Positions 20,925-31,736 of a stretch of DNA of 64,000 bases are shown piece after piece. The number at the start of each line of letters is the position of its first letter. Position 1 is the stretch's first letter. The notes under the pieces are model-generated. The model was not told where the DNA came from. It did no database searches and worked only from the letters and a program-made list of their open reading frames with translations. Location of the stretch: the NCBI GenBank assembly GCA_963744115.1, contig CAVUSI010000002.1, positions 675,641 to 739,640 on the forward strand. Direction: 5' to 3'. The DNA is from an uncultured Chloroflexia bacterium (GTDB lineage Bacteria > Chloroflexota > Limnocylindria > Limnocylindrales > CSP1-4). A program made the translations under genes and the position numbers.

Positions 20925-22256
20925 TCAGTCCGCGGCGTCGATCGGCAAGCGGAACCAGGCGGTCGTCCCGCCGCCGAGCCGGTTGTCCAGCCCGATCTCG
21001 CCACCGTGGGCCTCGACCAGGTACCGGGCGATGGCCAGGCCGAGCCCCGTCCCGCCCGAATCGGCCGACTTGGCGAAGCGGTCGAAGATGTGCTCCGCGA
21101 CCTCGGGAGAGAGCCCCGGTCCTGTGTCGCGGACCTCGACCCTGAGCCAGGCACCGGCCGACTCCACCGTGGCCGAGATCGTCACCGTGCCGCCGGCGGG
21201 GGTGTAACGGAGCGCGTTCGCGACGAGGTTCGACAGGACCTCGCGGATCCGGATCGGATCGACGTCGAGGAGGGGGACGTCGTCCGTCGCCGGCCCGCCC
21301 GTCGCCGGCGGCTCGGACACGACCACGGTCGCGTCGCCGGCCGAGGCCACGGCCTGGAACGAGCGGGCGACGTCGGCGATGAGCAGCCCGACGTCGGTCG
21401 GCTCGGGGTGGAGCGGAAGGGTGCCGGACTCCGACAACGTGACGGTCCGGAGGTCGTCGACCAGTCGACCGAGGACGCGGGTCTCCTCGAGGATCGCCGC
21501 GAGGTGGGCGGGATCGGCCGGGTGGACGCCGTCGACGAGCGCCTCGATGTTGCCCTGGACCACGGCCAGCGGGGTTCGCAGTTCGTGGCTCACGTCGGCC
21601 ATCAGGGATCGGCGCTGGATCTCGTCGGCCTCGAGCCGGGCGGCCATCGTGTTGAAGCCGCGGCTGAGCTCGCGCAGCTCGCGCGGGGCACGGACGGGCT
21701 CGCTGACCCGCACGCCGAAGTCGCCGTCCTCGATCCGCCGGGTGGCGCCGACGAGCTCGTAGATCGGCCGGGTCACGCGGCGCACCCGTCGGGAGATCGA
21801 CCACAGTCCGACCACGACGAGCGCGACGCCCGCCAGCCGCGCCAGGAGCAGGAGCGGGCCGCCGCTCGCCGGATCCGGGCCGATGAGCCCGAAGATCGAG
21901 GCGATCACCCAGCCGGCGACCGCGGTGACGACGACGAGCACGACGAGGATGAACACCACGATCCCGGCCAGCCGCCCGACCGACACCCCGTCGGGGCGGC
22001 CACGGCCCCAGGGCGGCCCGTGACGCCGGGGATCGTCCCCGTTCGGGGGACCGTGACGCCGCTCCCACTGCGACTGCCGTCGGGCGAACCAGACGTCCTG
22101 GCGACGGCGCCAGGCGTCCTCCCGCTCGCGGCGTCGCCGGCCGGCCCACTCCCGGTCGCCTCGGCCGCTCCGCCCCTCGGGCGGTCCGGGAGTCGACGTC
22201 CCATCCGGCCCGGCGTCGGGCCGCCGCGGGTCTCCGCCCGGATCCGGGTCGGTCAC
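20925..22256 (-). CDS. HAMP sensor histidine kinase (BaeS-like)
   Basis: 2 TM, HAMP, DVSHELRTPL, NLVANALRY, DTGPG, GTGLGLAI. GTGA overlap with the response regulator. Confidence 0.93.
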   Translation of the reverse strand: MTDPDPGGDPRRPDAGPDGTSTPGPPEGRSGRGDREWAGRRRREREDAWRRRQDVWFARRQSQWERRHGPPNGDDPRRHGPPWGRGRPDGVSVGRLAGIVVFILVVLVVVTAVAGWVIASIFGLIGPDPASGGPLLLLARLAGVALVVVGLWSISRRVRRVTRPIYELVGATRRIEDGDFGVRVSEPVRAPRELRELSRGFNTMAARLEADEIQRRSLMADVSHELRTPLAVVQGNIEALVDGVHPADPAHLAAILEETRVLGRLVDDLRTVTLSESGTLPLHPEPTDVGLLIADVARSFQAVASAGDATVVVSEPPATGGPATDDVPLLDVDPIRIREVLSNLVANALRYTPAGGTVTISATVESAGAWLRVEVRDTGPGLSPEVAEHIFDRFAKSADSGGTGLGLAIARYLVEAHGGEIGLDNRLGGGTTAWFRLPIDAAD

Positions 22257-22942
22257 GTCGGTCGCTCATCGGCGAAGCGGTAGCCGACGCCGTAGACCGT
22301 GAGGACGTAGCGGGGGCTCCGCGGGTCAGGCTCGATCTTCCGTCGAAGGTTCTTGACGTGCGTGTCGATCGCCCGCTCGTACGACTCGAACGCCACGCCG
22401 CGGAGCGCGTCGAGGAGCTGGCCGCGGGTGAAGATCCGGCCCGGCCGTCGAGCGAGGGTCGCCAGGAGCGAGAATTCGGTCGGCGTCAGCTCGACGGGAT
22501 GCCCGCCGACCTCGACCCGCATCCGCGGCACATCGAGGCTGACGTCGCCGGCCCGGATGACGTCGCTCGGCTCATCCGCCCGCTCCGAGCGGCGCAGGAC
22601 CGCCTTGACCCGGGCGACCAGCTCTCGCGGGCTGAACGGCTTGGTGACGTAGTCGTCGGCGCCGAGCTCGAGACCGAGGAGCTTGTCCAGCTCGTCGTCG
22701 CGGGCCGTGAGGACGACGATCGGGATCGACGAGTCGCGGCGAAGCGTTCGGATGACCTCGAGGCCGTCGACCTCGGGCAGGCCCAGGTCGAGGACGATGA
22801 GATCCGGCGAGCGGACCCGTGCCTGGTCGAGGGCGGAGCGCCCGTCGCCGGCGAGGATCACCGCGAACCCGGCGTGCTCGAGGTAGTCGCGGGCGAGCTC
22901 GCGGATCTTGGGCTCGTCGTCGACCAGCAGGACGGTCTTCAT
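22253..22942 (-). CDS. OmpR/PhoB-family response regulator
   Basis: LLVDDE, VLDLGLP, GADDYVTKPFSPRELVAR, IDTHVKNLRRKIE, TVYGVGYRF. Confidence 0.95.
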   Translation of the reverse strand: MKTVLLVDDEPKIRELARDYLEHAGFAVILAGDGRSALDQARVRSPDLIVLDLGLPEVDGLEVIRTLRRDSSIPIVVLTARDDELDKLLGLELGADDYVTKPFSPRELVARVKAVLRRSERADEPSDVIRAGDVSLDVPRMRVEVGGHPVELTPTEFSLLATLARRPGRIFTRGQLLDALRGVAFESYERAIDTHVKNLRRKIEPDPRSPRYVLTVYGVGYRFADERPT

Positions 22943-23030
22943 CGGGGCATCGTACGGCGCGTCGCGCGACCGACGGCGCCGGATGCCCGGTCGGGCTCCG
23001 ACGCCGTCAAGCGTTGTGCGAGGCCGATCC

Positions 23031-23612
23031 TCAGCCGGCAGCCGGCGGCTCGGTCGGACCGCCCGGTGTCGGACCGCCCGTCGTCGGACCGGTCGTCCCG
23101 GTCGATGGCCCGGTCGATGGCCCGGTCGGGCCGCCGGACGAGGCCGGGGCACCGCCGGCGTGTGCCGCCGTGTGCCACTCGTCGAGCCGCCCGCGGATCC
23201 ATGCCTCACGCGGATCTCCCGAGCCGGTCGGTCCACCCGCTCCACCGCCGGGACCATGGGCATCCCAGCCGCCCGGACCGCGCCCGTAGCCGGGTCCCCA
23301 GCCGTATCCGCCGCCCCAGCCGTAGCCGCGGCCGTGATGGCGGCCGGCGCCGAACGCGACCCTCAGCAGGGCCACGATCAAGAAGAACCCGATGAGCACG
23401 AACAGGAACTGGCCGAACCCGAAGCCGAACCACGGGACCCCGTACCAGCCGTACCCGGCGACCGGGACGACGGTGGTCGTGCCGCTGGCGGACACGGTCG
23501 TGACGGCCGCGGTGCCGGCGTTCAGCCCGGCGGTGTAGGCGACCCCGGTGGCCACCCCGATGACGGCCAGGATCCCGAACAGGGCCAGGATCGGGCCGAT
23601 GATGCGTCGCAT
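23031..23612 (-). CDS. small Gly-rich membrane protein upstream of the two-component genes
   Basis: AAGGGAG RBS, two hydrophobic segments, GYGWGG repeats, RLDEWH. Confidence 0.7.
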   Translation of the reverse strand: MRRIIGPILALFGILAVIGVATGVAYTAGLNAGTAAVTTVSASGTTTVVPVAGYGWYGVPWFGFGFGQFLFVLIGFFLIVALLRVAFGAGRHHGRGYGWGGGYGWGPGYGRGPGGWDAHGPGGGAGGPTGSGDPREAWIRGRLDEWHTAAHAGGAPASSGGPTGPSTGPSTGTTGPTTGGPTPGGPTEPPAAG

Positions 23613-23676
23613 GAACGATCTCCCTTGGCGGCGGTCACCTCGGACCGCCTTGCGTGATCCCATCGTCGGTCCGACT

Positions 23677-23716
23677 TGTGGACGCGGTGTGGAGGCGCCG
23701 CGGAGGACCGGCGGAG
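23677..23716 (-). promoter_or_regulatory. four direct repeats at 11-bp period, candidate OmpR-family operator
   Basis: Plus strand TGTGGA 23677, TGTGGA 23688, CGCGGA 23699, GGCGGA 23710. They end ~9 nt upstream of a GACGAT -10-like hexamer for the 23612 gene. Confidence 0.6.
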
Positions 23717-23817
23717 GTCCACCGGGTGGAACGGGTCCATGACGCACGTGGCCGCCGGAACCGGTACCGTCGGAGCCGGCCCATCCGTCGGGACCGACAG
23801 CGACCGTGCAGGGAGCC

Positions 23818-25191
23818 ATGGACACCTTCGACTTCGTGATCATCGGCGCCGGCCCGGCCGGCGAAGCCGCCGCCCACAAGGCCCGCGAGCTCGGAGCGAC
23901 CGTCGCCATCGCCGACCGGCGCTGGTTCGGCGGGAGCTGCCCGTTCATCGGTTGCCTCCCGTCGAAGGCGTTGCTGTTCGCGGCCGCGCGTCATGCGGCG
24001 AATCCGGCGACGTACGACTGGGCGCGCGCCTCGGCCCATCGCGATTACATGGTCAACCGACCCATCGACGCCGCCGAGCCGGACGACGGCAGCCACGTCA
24101 GGGCGCTCGAGGGTGCGGGAGCGGTCGTGGTCCGTGGCTCCGCCCGGATCGTCGGGACCGGCCGGGTCGAGGTCCGTCACGAGGCGGCCGTGCGCGAGCT
24201 GCGCGGCGCGAACATCGTCGTGGCGATCGGGTCGTCGTCGAAGGTCCCGCCGCTCGAAGGGATCGACGGCGTGCCGTACTGGACGAACCGCGAGGCCACC
24301 CTGGCGAGGAAGCTGCCGGCCAGCATGGTCGTCCTGGGTGGCGGACCGACCGGCTGCGAGCTGGCCCAGGTCTACGCCCGGTTCGGCGTGCCGACCGCGA
24401 TCGTCCAGTCCGGCCCCCGGCTGATGCCGACGGATCACCCCCGCAACTCCGAGACCGTCCGCGCCGCCCTGGTCGCCGACGGCGTCACCGTCCGGCTCGG
24501 GGTCCGTGCGGTCCGGGCGCGGGCTGGGGTAGGGGCCGCTGGCGCGCACGTGATCGACCTGGACGACGGCACGACGGCCGAGGGCGAGGCCATCCTCCTC
24601 GCCGTCGGGCGGTCGTTCCCGCTCGACGACCTTGGGCTGGAGCACTACGGCGTCGACGCCTCGGGTCGGGCGCCGTTCCCGCGCGACGGGCGGCTCAAGG
24701 TGGCCGACGGGCTGTGGGTCGTCGGCGACCCGGCCGGACCCGAGCTGCACACGCACCAGGGCCACTACCAGGGCGAGATGGCCGTCCGGATGGCGCTCGG
24801 CGAGTGGGTCAAACCCGACTATCGCGCGCTGCCCCGGTCGACCTACACGGAACCCGAGGCGTCCTCCGTCGGGCTCACCCTCGACCAGGCGCTGGCAGAG
24901 GGTCGGGACGCGTTCGAGGTCACGACGCCGTTCGCGACGAGCTCGAAGGGATACGCCGTCGAGGCCGAGCTCGGGCACGTCACGATCGTCGTCGATCGCG
25001 GCACGCGCGAGCTGATCGGCGCGGCGATGGCCTGCCCGGATGCCTCGGCGGCCATCCACGAGTGCGTCCTCGCGATCCGGGCGCACGTCCCGGTCGACGT
25101 CCTGGCGGACACCATCCACGCGTTCCCGTCGACGTCGCGGATCTTCAACGGCCTGTTCGGCGACGCCGCCCGTCAGCTGCGGACGGCCTGA
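23818..25191 (+). CDS. class I pyridine nucleotide-disulfide oxidoreductase (lipoamide dehydrogenase/MerA-like)
   Basis: GAGPAG, GGSCPFIGCLPSK redox disulfide, GGGPTGCE, IHAFPS. Confidence 0.9.
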   Translation: MDTFDFVIIGAGPAGEAAAHKARELGATVAIADRRWFGGSCPFIGCLPSKALLFAAARHAANPATYDWARASAHRDYMVNRPIDAAEPDDGSHVRALEGAGAVVVRGSARIVGTGRVEVRHEAAVRELRGANIVVAIGSSSKVPPLEGIDGVPYWTNREATLARKLPASMVVLGGGPTGCELAQVYARFGVPTAIVQSGPRLMPTDHPRNSETVRAALVADGVTVRLGVRAVRARAGVGAAGAHVIDLDDGTTAEGEAILLAVGRSFPLDDLGLEHYGVDASGRAPFPRDGRLKVADGLWVVGDPAGPELHTHQGHYQGEMAVRMALGEWVKPDYRALPRSTYTEPEASSVGLTLDQALAEGRDAFEVTTPFATSSKGYAVEAELGHVTIVVDRGTRELIGAAMACPDASAAIHECVLAIRAHVPVDVLADTIHAFPSTSRIFNGLFGDAARQLRTA

Positions 25192-25210
25192 CCGACCGGA
25201 TCGCCGGGGA

Positions 25211-26887
25211 TCAATCGCACGGATCGGCCTCCTCGGTCGGCGCCAGGGACGGGTCCTCCGGTTCAGGGGCGAGGTTGGGTTGCGGCGTGGCGGTCGGGTC
25301 CGGCTCCTGGCTCGGGAAGATCCCCCGGACCACCTTGTGGATCTGGCGGATCTCGTCGTCGCCGATCGCCTCGCCGTAGGTCGGCGGCGCGAACATCAGC
25401 GACTTGACGCGACGGACGTCGGTCCGCGCCGCGAGGCTCATCAGGCTGGGCAGGTCCCGGACCGACAGGCTCGTCCAGGCGTCGTCTCGGGCGATCTTGA
25501 GCAGGGACGGGATCTTGTCGATCAGCCGGCACGGCTTGAGCTTGGCCCGCAGGGCCAGCAGGACGGCCTGCTGACGGCGCATCCGGCCGTAGTCCGAGTC
25601 CTGGTGGCGGGACCGGGCGTACATCAGGGCGCGATGCCCGTCGAGGTGCTGCTTGCCCGCCTTGAAGTCGATCGATACGACGCCGCTGCCGTCCTCGAGC
25701 GGATATCGATCGTCGTGGAGCGCGGTCGGGATGGTGATCGTCACCCCGCCGACCGCGTCGACCAGTCGGACGAACCCGTTGAGGTTGACCACCGCGATCC
25801 CATCGAGCTGGACGCCGGCCAGCTTCTGGATCGTCCCGCCGATCGCCCGGAAGCCACGGTTCTGGCCGCCCGGGAACTGGGACGGATGCGCATTGGCATA
25901 GACGTAGATCGAGTTGAGCAGGCCCGGGTAGCGCCCGCCCGGGACGGCGCCGGCGCTCTCCTTCGGGAGCGGCGCGCCGGTCATGTTCCGCGGGAACCCG
26001 AACATCGCGGCCCGCCCGGTGGCGACGTCCACGGACAGGAGGATCATCGTGTCGGTCCGCAGGCTCCAGCGATCGGGCCCGGCGTCCGCCCCGATCAGGA
26101 GCAGGTCCAACCGCCCGTTCGCCGCCCAGCCCGGACCCGGGGTCGGGGTCGGGGTCGGATTCGGGCTGGCGGTCGCCGTCGGCGCGGCTGTCGGCGGGAC
26201 GGACGCGAACGGCGCGCCGATCAAGCCCGGCGTCGGGCTCGGGGCGTCGGTGTCGTCCGGCTCGACCGGCGGGAGCACCCCATCGGCACTGCCGGGGTCA
26301 CTGCCGTCCGCCGGACCCGCCCCGAGATCCGGCGGATCGAACACCGCGATGATCGTGTCCCGGGTGTCCTCGACCGTCGCGCCGATGATCACGTGCGGCG
26401 CGATGACGAGGATCGCGAGGAGCGTCGCGAGGAACGTCCGCCCGAGCCGGCCGATCGCGTTCGTCGGGCGGACCCGGGCCGCCAGCCGGACCGTGGCCGC
26501 GAGGACGACCACGCGGTACACGGCGACGGCCGAGACGACGATCACGATCGCCAGCAGGACGTCCGGGCTGAGGGCCTCGCCGAGCAGGCCGGCACGATCC
26601 GGCGAGGCGGCGACGATGACGGCGATCGCGAAGGCCAGGACCGCGATCGGGAGGAACAGCAGGGCGGCCAGCCGTTTCCGGCCGAGCAGCAGGTGGCCAA
26701 GACCGGGGATCAGCGCCCCGGCGACGATCGACAGCCAGGTCGGCCCGACGCCCCGGGCCGCCGGGTCGGCCGTGGCCGTCGGTGCCGGTCCGGACGTCGA
26801 CTCGCCGTCGCCGGGCGTCGGCTCGGCTTCTGGGACGGGATCTGGAGGCTCGTCGTCGTTCGTGGTCGGATCCTCGATCGGCCGCAC
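25211..26887 (-). CDS. LytR-CpsA-Psr (LCP) family protein
   Basis: N-terminal TMs, LLIGAD, RTDTMILL, FPRN, YARSRHQDSDYGRMRRQQ. Start uncertain (26887 or 26932). Confidence 0.9.
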   Translation of the reverse strand: MRPIEDPTTNDDEPPDPVPEAEPTPGDGESTSGPAPTATADPAARGVGPTWLSIVAGALIPGLGHLLLGRKRLAALLFLPIAVLAFAIAVIVAASPDRAGLLGEALSPDVLLAIVIVVSAVAVYRVVVLAATVRLAARVRPTNAIGRLGRTFLATLLAILVIAPHVIIGATVEDTRDTIIAVFDPPDLGAGPADGSDPGSADGVLPPVEPDDTDAPSPTPGLIGAPFASVPPTAAPTATASPNPTPTPTPGPGWAANGRLDLLLIGADAGPDRWSLRTDTMILLSVDVATGRAAMFGFPRNMTGAPLPKESAGAVPGGRYPGLLNSIYVYANAHPSQFPGGQNRGFRAIGGTIQKLAGVQLDGIAVVNLNGFVRLVDAVGGVTITIPTALHDDRYPLEDGSGVVSIDFKAGKQHLDGHRALMYARSRHQDSDYGRMRRQQAVLLALRAKLKPCRLIDKIPSLLKIARDDAWTSLSVRDLPSLMSLAARTDVRRVKSLMFAPPTYGEAIGDDEIRQIHKVVRGIFPSQEPDPTATPQPNLAPEPEDPSLAPTEEADPCD

Positions 26888-27003
26888 CGTAGGCGACCGG
26901 CCAGAATGGTAGCGACGTCGCGTCGCGTCCACACCCGGACGTCGGTCCTGCCCGCCCCGTGACGATGCGGACGCTTCTCAGCCCGACCGTGGTCTGGGAG
27001 CGC

Positions 27004-28620
27004 CTACGGTCGCTCGATCCGAAGGTCGTCGACGGCGGCCTCGATCCGGCTGTCGCCCGCGCCGTCGGCCGCCCCGATGACGATCCGGACCTTCTGGCCG
27101 GCCCACGGCGTCATCGACACACGGACCGGGATCCACCGCGCATCGTCATCGGTCGCCTTGCCGAGCTCCTCCCGGACGAGCGTGCGCGTGCCGTCCTCCG
27201 CCTCGACCCAGACGCGGAACCAGTCGGCCGAGGTGGCGTTCGAGCGGTGCGAGAAGTAGTAGGAGAAGGTCAGGTTCCCGACCGGATCAGGCAACGCGAT
27301 CGGCGCGGATCGGATGGTGGTGGTGCCCCCGTCGACGTCGTTGGCGTCGATGCCCTTGACCCCGGCGAGCCCGGTCACCAGCGCCGCGCGCCCGGAGGTC
27401 GTCGTGCCGAGCTGCTTCGGACCGAGGATCGATGTCGCCGTCGGGTCGCCGATCTGCCACAGCCCGTCGGTCGCGGTGTCGGTCCCGTCGGGATCCCGCG
27501 TCCAGCCGCGGTTGATCTCGAAGTCGTCGTACAGCGGTCCGCAGTCCGCCTTCGCCTGGTAGATCGGCGAATACGGACAGTCCGCCTTGTCGATCGCGTA
27601 GAGCAGCGCCGAGCGGTTGTTGGCCACCGCCGCGGCGATCCGCTCGTCGGCGGGGTAGAAGTCGGACGTCCGGTGGTGCTCGGTCGGGTAGAGCTCCCAG
27701 GTGAACGAGAAGATCCGATAGCGGCCGTACATCCAGTCGATCTGGTCGCCGTCGGTGATGTACAGGTCGCTCGACTGCTCGGGCTTGTAGCCGTTGCGCT
27801 GGGCCATCCGCTTGCCGAGCGCCACGAACGCGGCGTGATCGGTCCGGGTCATGTCGGCCGGGATGTCGGTCCTCGTGTGGCCGTACGGCCAAAGGACCAG
27901 CTCGCCGTTCGTATGGAGCGTGATATGCATCACGATCTGCTGCCGTCCGTCGATCACCCGGCTCTTGACGAAGTCGCGCATCGCCTGCGTCTCCGGCGCG
28001 GAGAACGGCTTCTTGCCGCGGTAGGTGAGCGAGCCCGGCGACGTGGACGACCCGTGGCAGCAGCCCCAGTCGTAGTCGTAGTTCCGGTTGAGATCCGTGC
28101 CGACGGTGCCCGTCCCGACGTTCGGCTGGCGATTCTTCCGCCAGGCCCGGAACGGGGACCCGGTCAGGTCGTACTGCATGCCGTCCGGATTGAGCGCGAA
28201 GACGATGAAGGTCTCCCGGCTGTCGACCAGGCGCTTGACCAGGCTGTCGGTCGCGTAGCCCGTCGTCAGGACCTTGAGCAGGTAGAGCGCCTGCTCCGTC
28301 GTCAGGTGCTCGCGGGCGTGGTGGAGAGCGTCGATCAGGACCTCGGGCTCGGCCTCGTCGGTCGCGACGTGGTCGGACACCTTGGCCACCCAGATGTCGC
28401 GCCCCTGGTAGCTCTTGCCGATCGAGAAGACCGAGACCAGGTCGGGATAGGCGGCCTGCGCGGCCATGATCTCGGCGACCATCTCGGGATAGTTGTGGTA
28501 CCGGGAGTCGCTCGGCGGGAAGTTCGCCTCGGCCGGGGAGGCCGCTTCGGCCGCCTCGGCCAGCAGGCCGAACAGGAACAGCAGGGCGACGAACAGGGCG
28601 GCGATCTGGCGCTTGCGCAT
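27004..28620 (-). CDS. secreted M14 zinc carboxypeptidase (carboxypeptidase T-like) with C-terminal beta-sandwich domain
   Basis: Signal peptide, HHAREH, NPDG, WRKNR, DLNRNY, HTNGE, FTWELYP. Confidence 0.9.
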   Translation of the reverse strand: MRKRQIAALFVALLFLFGLLAEAAEAASPAEANFPPSDSRYHNYPEMVAEIMAAQAAYPDLVSVFSIGKSYQGRDIWVAKVSDHVATDEAEPEVLIDALHHAREHLTTEQALYLLKVLTTGYATDSLVKRLVDSRETFIVFALNPDGMQYDLTGSPFRAWRKNRQPNVGTGTVGTDLNRNYDYDWGCCHGSSTSPGSLTYRGKKPFSAPETQAMRDFVKSRVIDGRQQIVMHITLHTNGELVLWPYGHTRTDIPADMTRTDHAAFVALGKRMAQRNGYKPEQSSDLYITDGDQIDWMYGRYRIFSFTWELYPTEHHRTSDFYPADERIAAAVANNRSALLYAIDKADCPYSPIYQAKADCGPLYDDFEINRGWTRDPDGTDTATDGLWQIGDPTATSILGPKQLGTTTSGRAALVTGLAGVKGIDANDVDGGTTTIRSAPIALPDPVGNLTFSYYFSHRSNATSADWFRVWVEAEDGTRTLVREELGKATDDDARWIPVRVSMTPWAGQKVRIVIGAADGAGDSRIEAAVDDLRIERP

Positions 28621-28722
28621 CGACACAGGGTGCCGGGAGTCCCCGGATGACGCAAGTCGCGTGACGGTCGGTCGGGTCCGGGACCGGCGAGTCGACGGCC
28701 CCCGTCGGCTAGACTTCGAACG

Positions 28723-31700
28723 ATGGACCGAGACCCCTGGGTCGCCCCCGAACTCGTCCAGCTCGGGCGGCTTCCGATGCACAGCCTGGTCCATGCTGAC
28801 CGGCTGGAGCTCGACGGCACGTGGCGGTTCCAGCTCCTCGGGCGGCCGGACCTCGATCCGGGGCCGACCTGGGCCGAGATCGTCGTCCCGGGCGCCTGGA
28901 CGATGCAGGGCTTCGCCGACCTGCCCCACTACACCAACGTCCAGATGCCGTTCGAGGGCCTCCCGCCGGCGGTCCCCGAGGTCGAACCCGACCGGCCTCT
29001 ACGAAACCACCTTCGACCTGCCGGCCGACTGGTCCGGGCGCCGGATCGTCCTCCACATCGGCGCGGCCGAGAGCGTCCTGATCGCCCGGCTCGACGATCA
29101 CGAGGTCGGGATCAGCAAGGATTCGCACCTGGCCGCCGAGTTCGACGTGACGGACCTCGTCCGGCCGGGGAGGAACACGCTCAGCCTGCGGGTCGTGAAG
29201 TGGTCCGACGCCACGTACATCGAGGATCAGGACCAGTGGTGGCATGGTGGCTTGACCCGGTCCGTGTACCTCTACGCCACCGGGCCGGTGTATCTCGCCG
29301 ACGTCCGGGCCGACGCCGGCCTGGCTGACGACCTGACGACCGGATCGCTCGCGCTCACGGTCGCCGTCGGGTTCCCGGGCGATGCGCTCGAGGCCGGCTG
29401 GGTCGTCGAGGCGCAGCTCGAGGGCGGCCTCGCGGACCTCCGGGCCGACGCGCCGGTCGTCGATCGCGCCGGGCTGCGGGCCTGGACGCGGGACGTCCAG
29501 GACCTGATGTTCCGGGCGGCGGCCCGCCTGCCGCTGACGGACGACGATGCCGCCGCGTGGTCGGATCTCCATCCGCGGATGACCCCGGGCCTCGACGGGG
29601 CGGTGACCTGGCGCGTCGAGCTCCCGGACATCGCTCGCTGGTCGGCGGAGGAGCCGCACCTCCACGCGCTGACGGTGCGCCTGCGCTCGCCCGACGGCGC
29701 GATCGCCGACGAGACGACCCTCCGGATCGGCTTCCGCCGGGTCGAGATCGACGGGCTCGACCTGCTCGTCAACGGCGAGCGCGTCTTCATCCGCGGGGTC
29801 AACCGCCACGACTTCGATCAGCACACGGGTCGGACCGTGACCCGCGACCAGATGCGCGCCGAGCTCGTGCTGATGAAGCAGTTCGGCTTCAACGCCGTCC
29901 GCACCTCGCACTACCCGAACGACCCGGCGTTCCTCGACCTGACCGATGAGCTCGGGTTGTATGTGATCGACGAGGCCGACATCGAGTCGCACGCGTTCCA
30001 GAGCACGTTGTCCGACGATCCGCGCTACCTCGGAGCGTGGGTCGACCGGGTGTCGCGGATGGCGACGCGTGACAAGAACCATCCGTCGGTGATCGTCTGG
30101 TCGCTCGGCAACGAGTCCGGCCACGGGCTGAACCACGAGGCGGCCGCCGGCTGGCTCCGGCGCTACGACCCGTCCCGTCCGCTCCATTACGAGGGGGCGA
30201 TCCGGTACGACTGGTCGAGCGACCAGGGCATCAGCGACCTCACCTGCCCGATGTACCCGCCGATCTCGGCGATCGTCGGGCACGCCCGATCCGGGCTCCA
30301 GCGGCACCCCCTGATCATGTGCGAGTTCCAGCACGCGATGGGCAACAGCAACGGGACGCTCGCCGAGTACTGGGACGCGATCGAGTCGACGCCGGGCCTT
30401 CAAGGCGGGTTCATCTGGGAGTTCTGGGATCACGGCCTGGTCCAGACCTTGCCCGACGGGACGAAGCGCTGGGCCTACGGGGGCGACTTCGGCGACCGGC
30501 CGAACGACGGCAGCTTCTGCCTCGACGGCCTGGTCTGGCCCGACCGACGCCCGAAGCCGGCGATGTGGGAGCACAAGCACCTGGCGGCCCCCGTCCGTCC
30601 GACCGGGCTGCATGACCGACGGACGGGGATCGTGGAGGTGGTCAACCGCCAGTCGTTCCGCGATCTCGGCTGGTTGCGGGCGCACTGGCAGCTCGCGATC
30701 GAGGGCGAGCCCGCCGGGTCCGGCGACGTCGTCCTGCCCGACGTCGGCCCGGGGGACCGGGGCGCCGCGGTCCTGGCCGGCTGGACCGATCCATCGCTCC
30801 TGCCCGGGACCGAGGCGTGGTTGACCATCCGGTTCGAGACGGCGGCGGCCTCGTCGTGGGCCCCGGAGGGGTTCGAGGTCGCCTCTGCCCAGATCGCCGT
30901 CGGGACCGGGTCAGAGGTATCGCCGGGGGCTCCAGTCGCGTCGACCGGTTCCGACGCCGAGGTCGAGGTCGACGGTGACGGCCTGCTCGTCCACCCGCTC
31001 CTCGCGGCGCCACCGACGCTCGCGCTGTGGCGGGCGCCGACCGAGAACGACCGATACGGCGGGATCGTCGCCGGCTGGGCCGCGGTCGGCCTCGACCGCC
31101 TCGCTCGCCGCCTCGTTTCGGTCGAGCGGACCGCTGGGACGGTGGTCGTCACCAGCGAGCACCGGACCGGGACGGGCATCGTGGTGGACCACGTCCAGAC
31201 CCTGCGTGACCTCGGCGAGGGTGGCGTCCAGGTCGACGAGGTCGCGGTGATCCCGGCCGGCCTGCCGGATCTGCCACGGGTCGGGACGGTCCTCGAGGTC
31301 ATGCCCGGCTTCGAGCAGGCCGAATGGTTCGGGACCGGTCCCCACGAGACCTATCCGGATCGGAAGCGCGGCGGTCTCGTCGGTCGGTGGCGCTCGACGG
31401 TCACGGATCTGTACACGCCGTACGTCCGTCCCCAGGAGAGCGGCGGACGAGCCGACGTCCGCTGGCTGGAGCTCCGAGACGCGGGGGCTCGCGGCCTTCG
31501 GTTGACCCTCGACCAGCCCCGCCAGGTGTCGGCGACCCACTATCGTGCGGAGGACCTCGACGCCGCCCTCCACGACGTCGAGCTGACCCCGAGAGACGAG
31601 ACGGTGGTCCACATCGACGCGGTCCACCGCGGCCTGGGAACGGCCAGCTGCGGCCCGGACACGCTGCCCGAGTACCTGATCGGTCCAGGGACGTACCGCT

Positions 31701-31735
31701 GGTCCTGGACCCTGCGTCCGATCACCGGACCCTGA
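28723..31735 (+). CDS. lacZ: beta-galactosidase, GH2 LacZ-type (frameshift ~28981)
   Basis: HYTNVQMPF, then NPTGLY in the shifted frame, IEDQDQWW, GVNRHD, NAVRTSHYP, WSLGNE, MCEFQHAMGNS, YGGDFGD, YVRPQESG. Confidence 0.92.
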
Positions 31736-31736
31736 C

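Noticed and set aside
23818-25191. Mercuric reductase (merA) call
   Set aside because: There is no C-terminal Cys-Cys pair and no mer operon, so it is left as a generic disulfide oxidoreductase.
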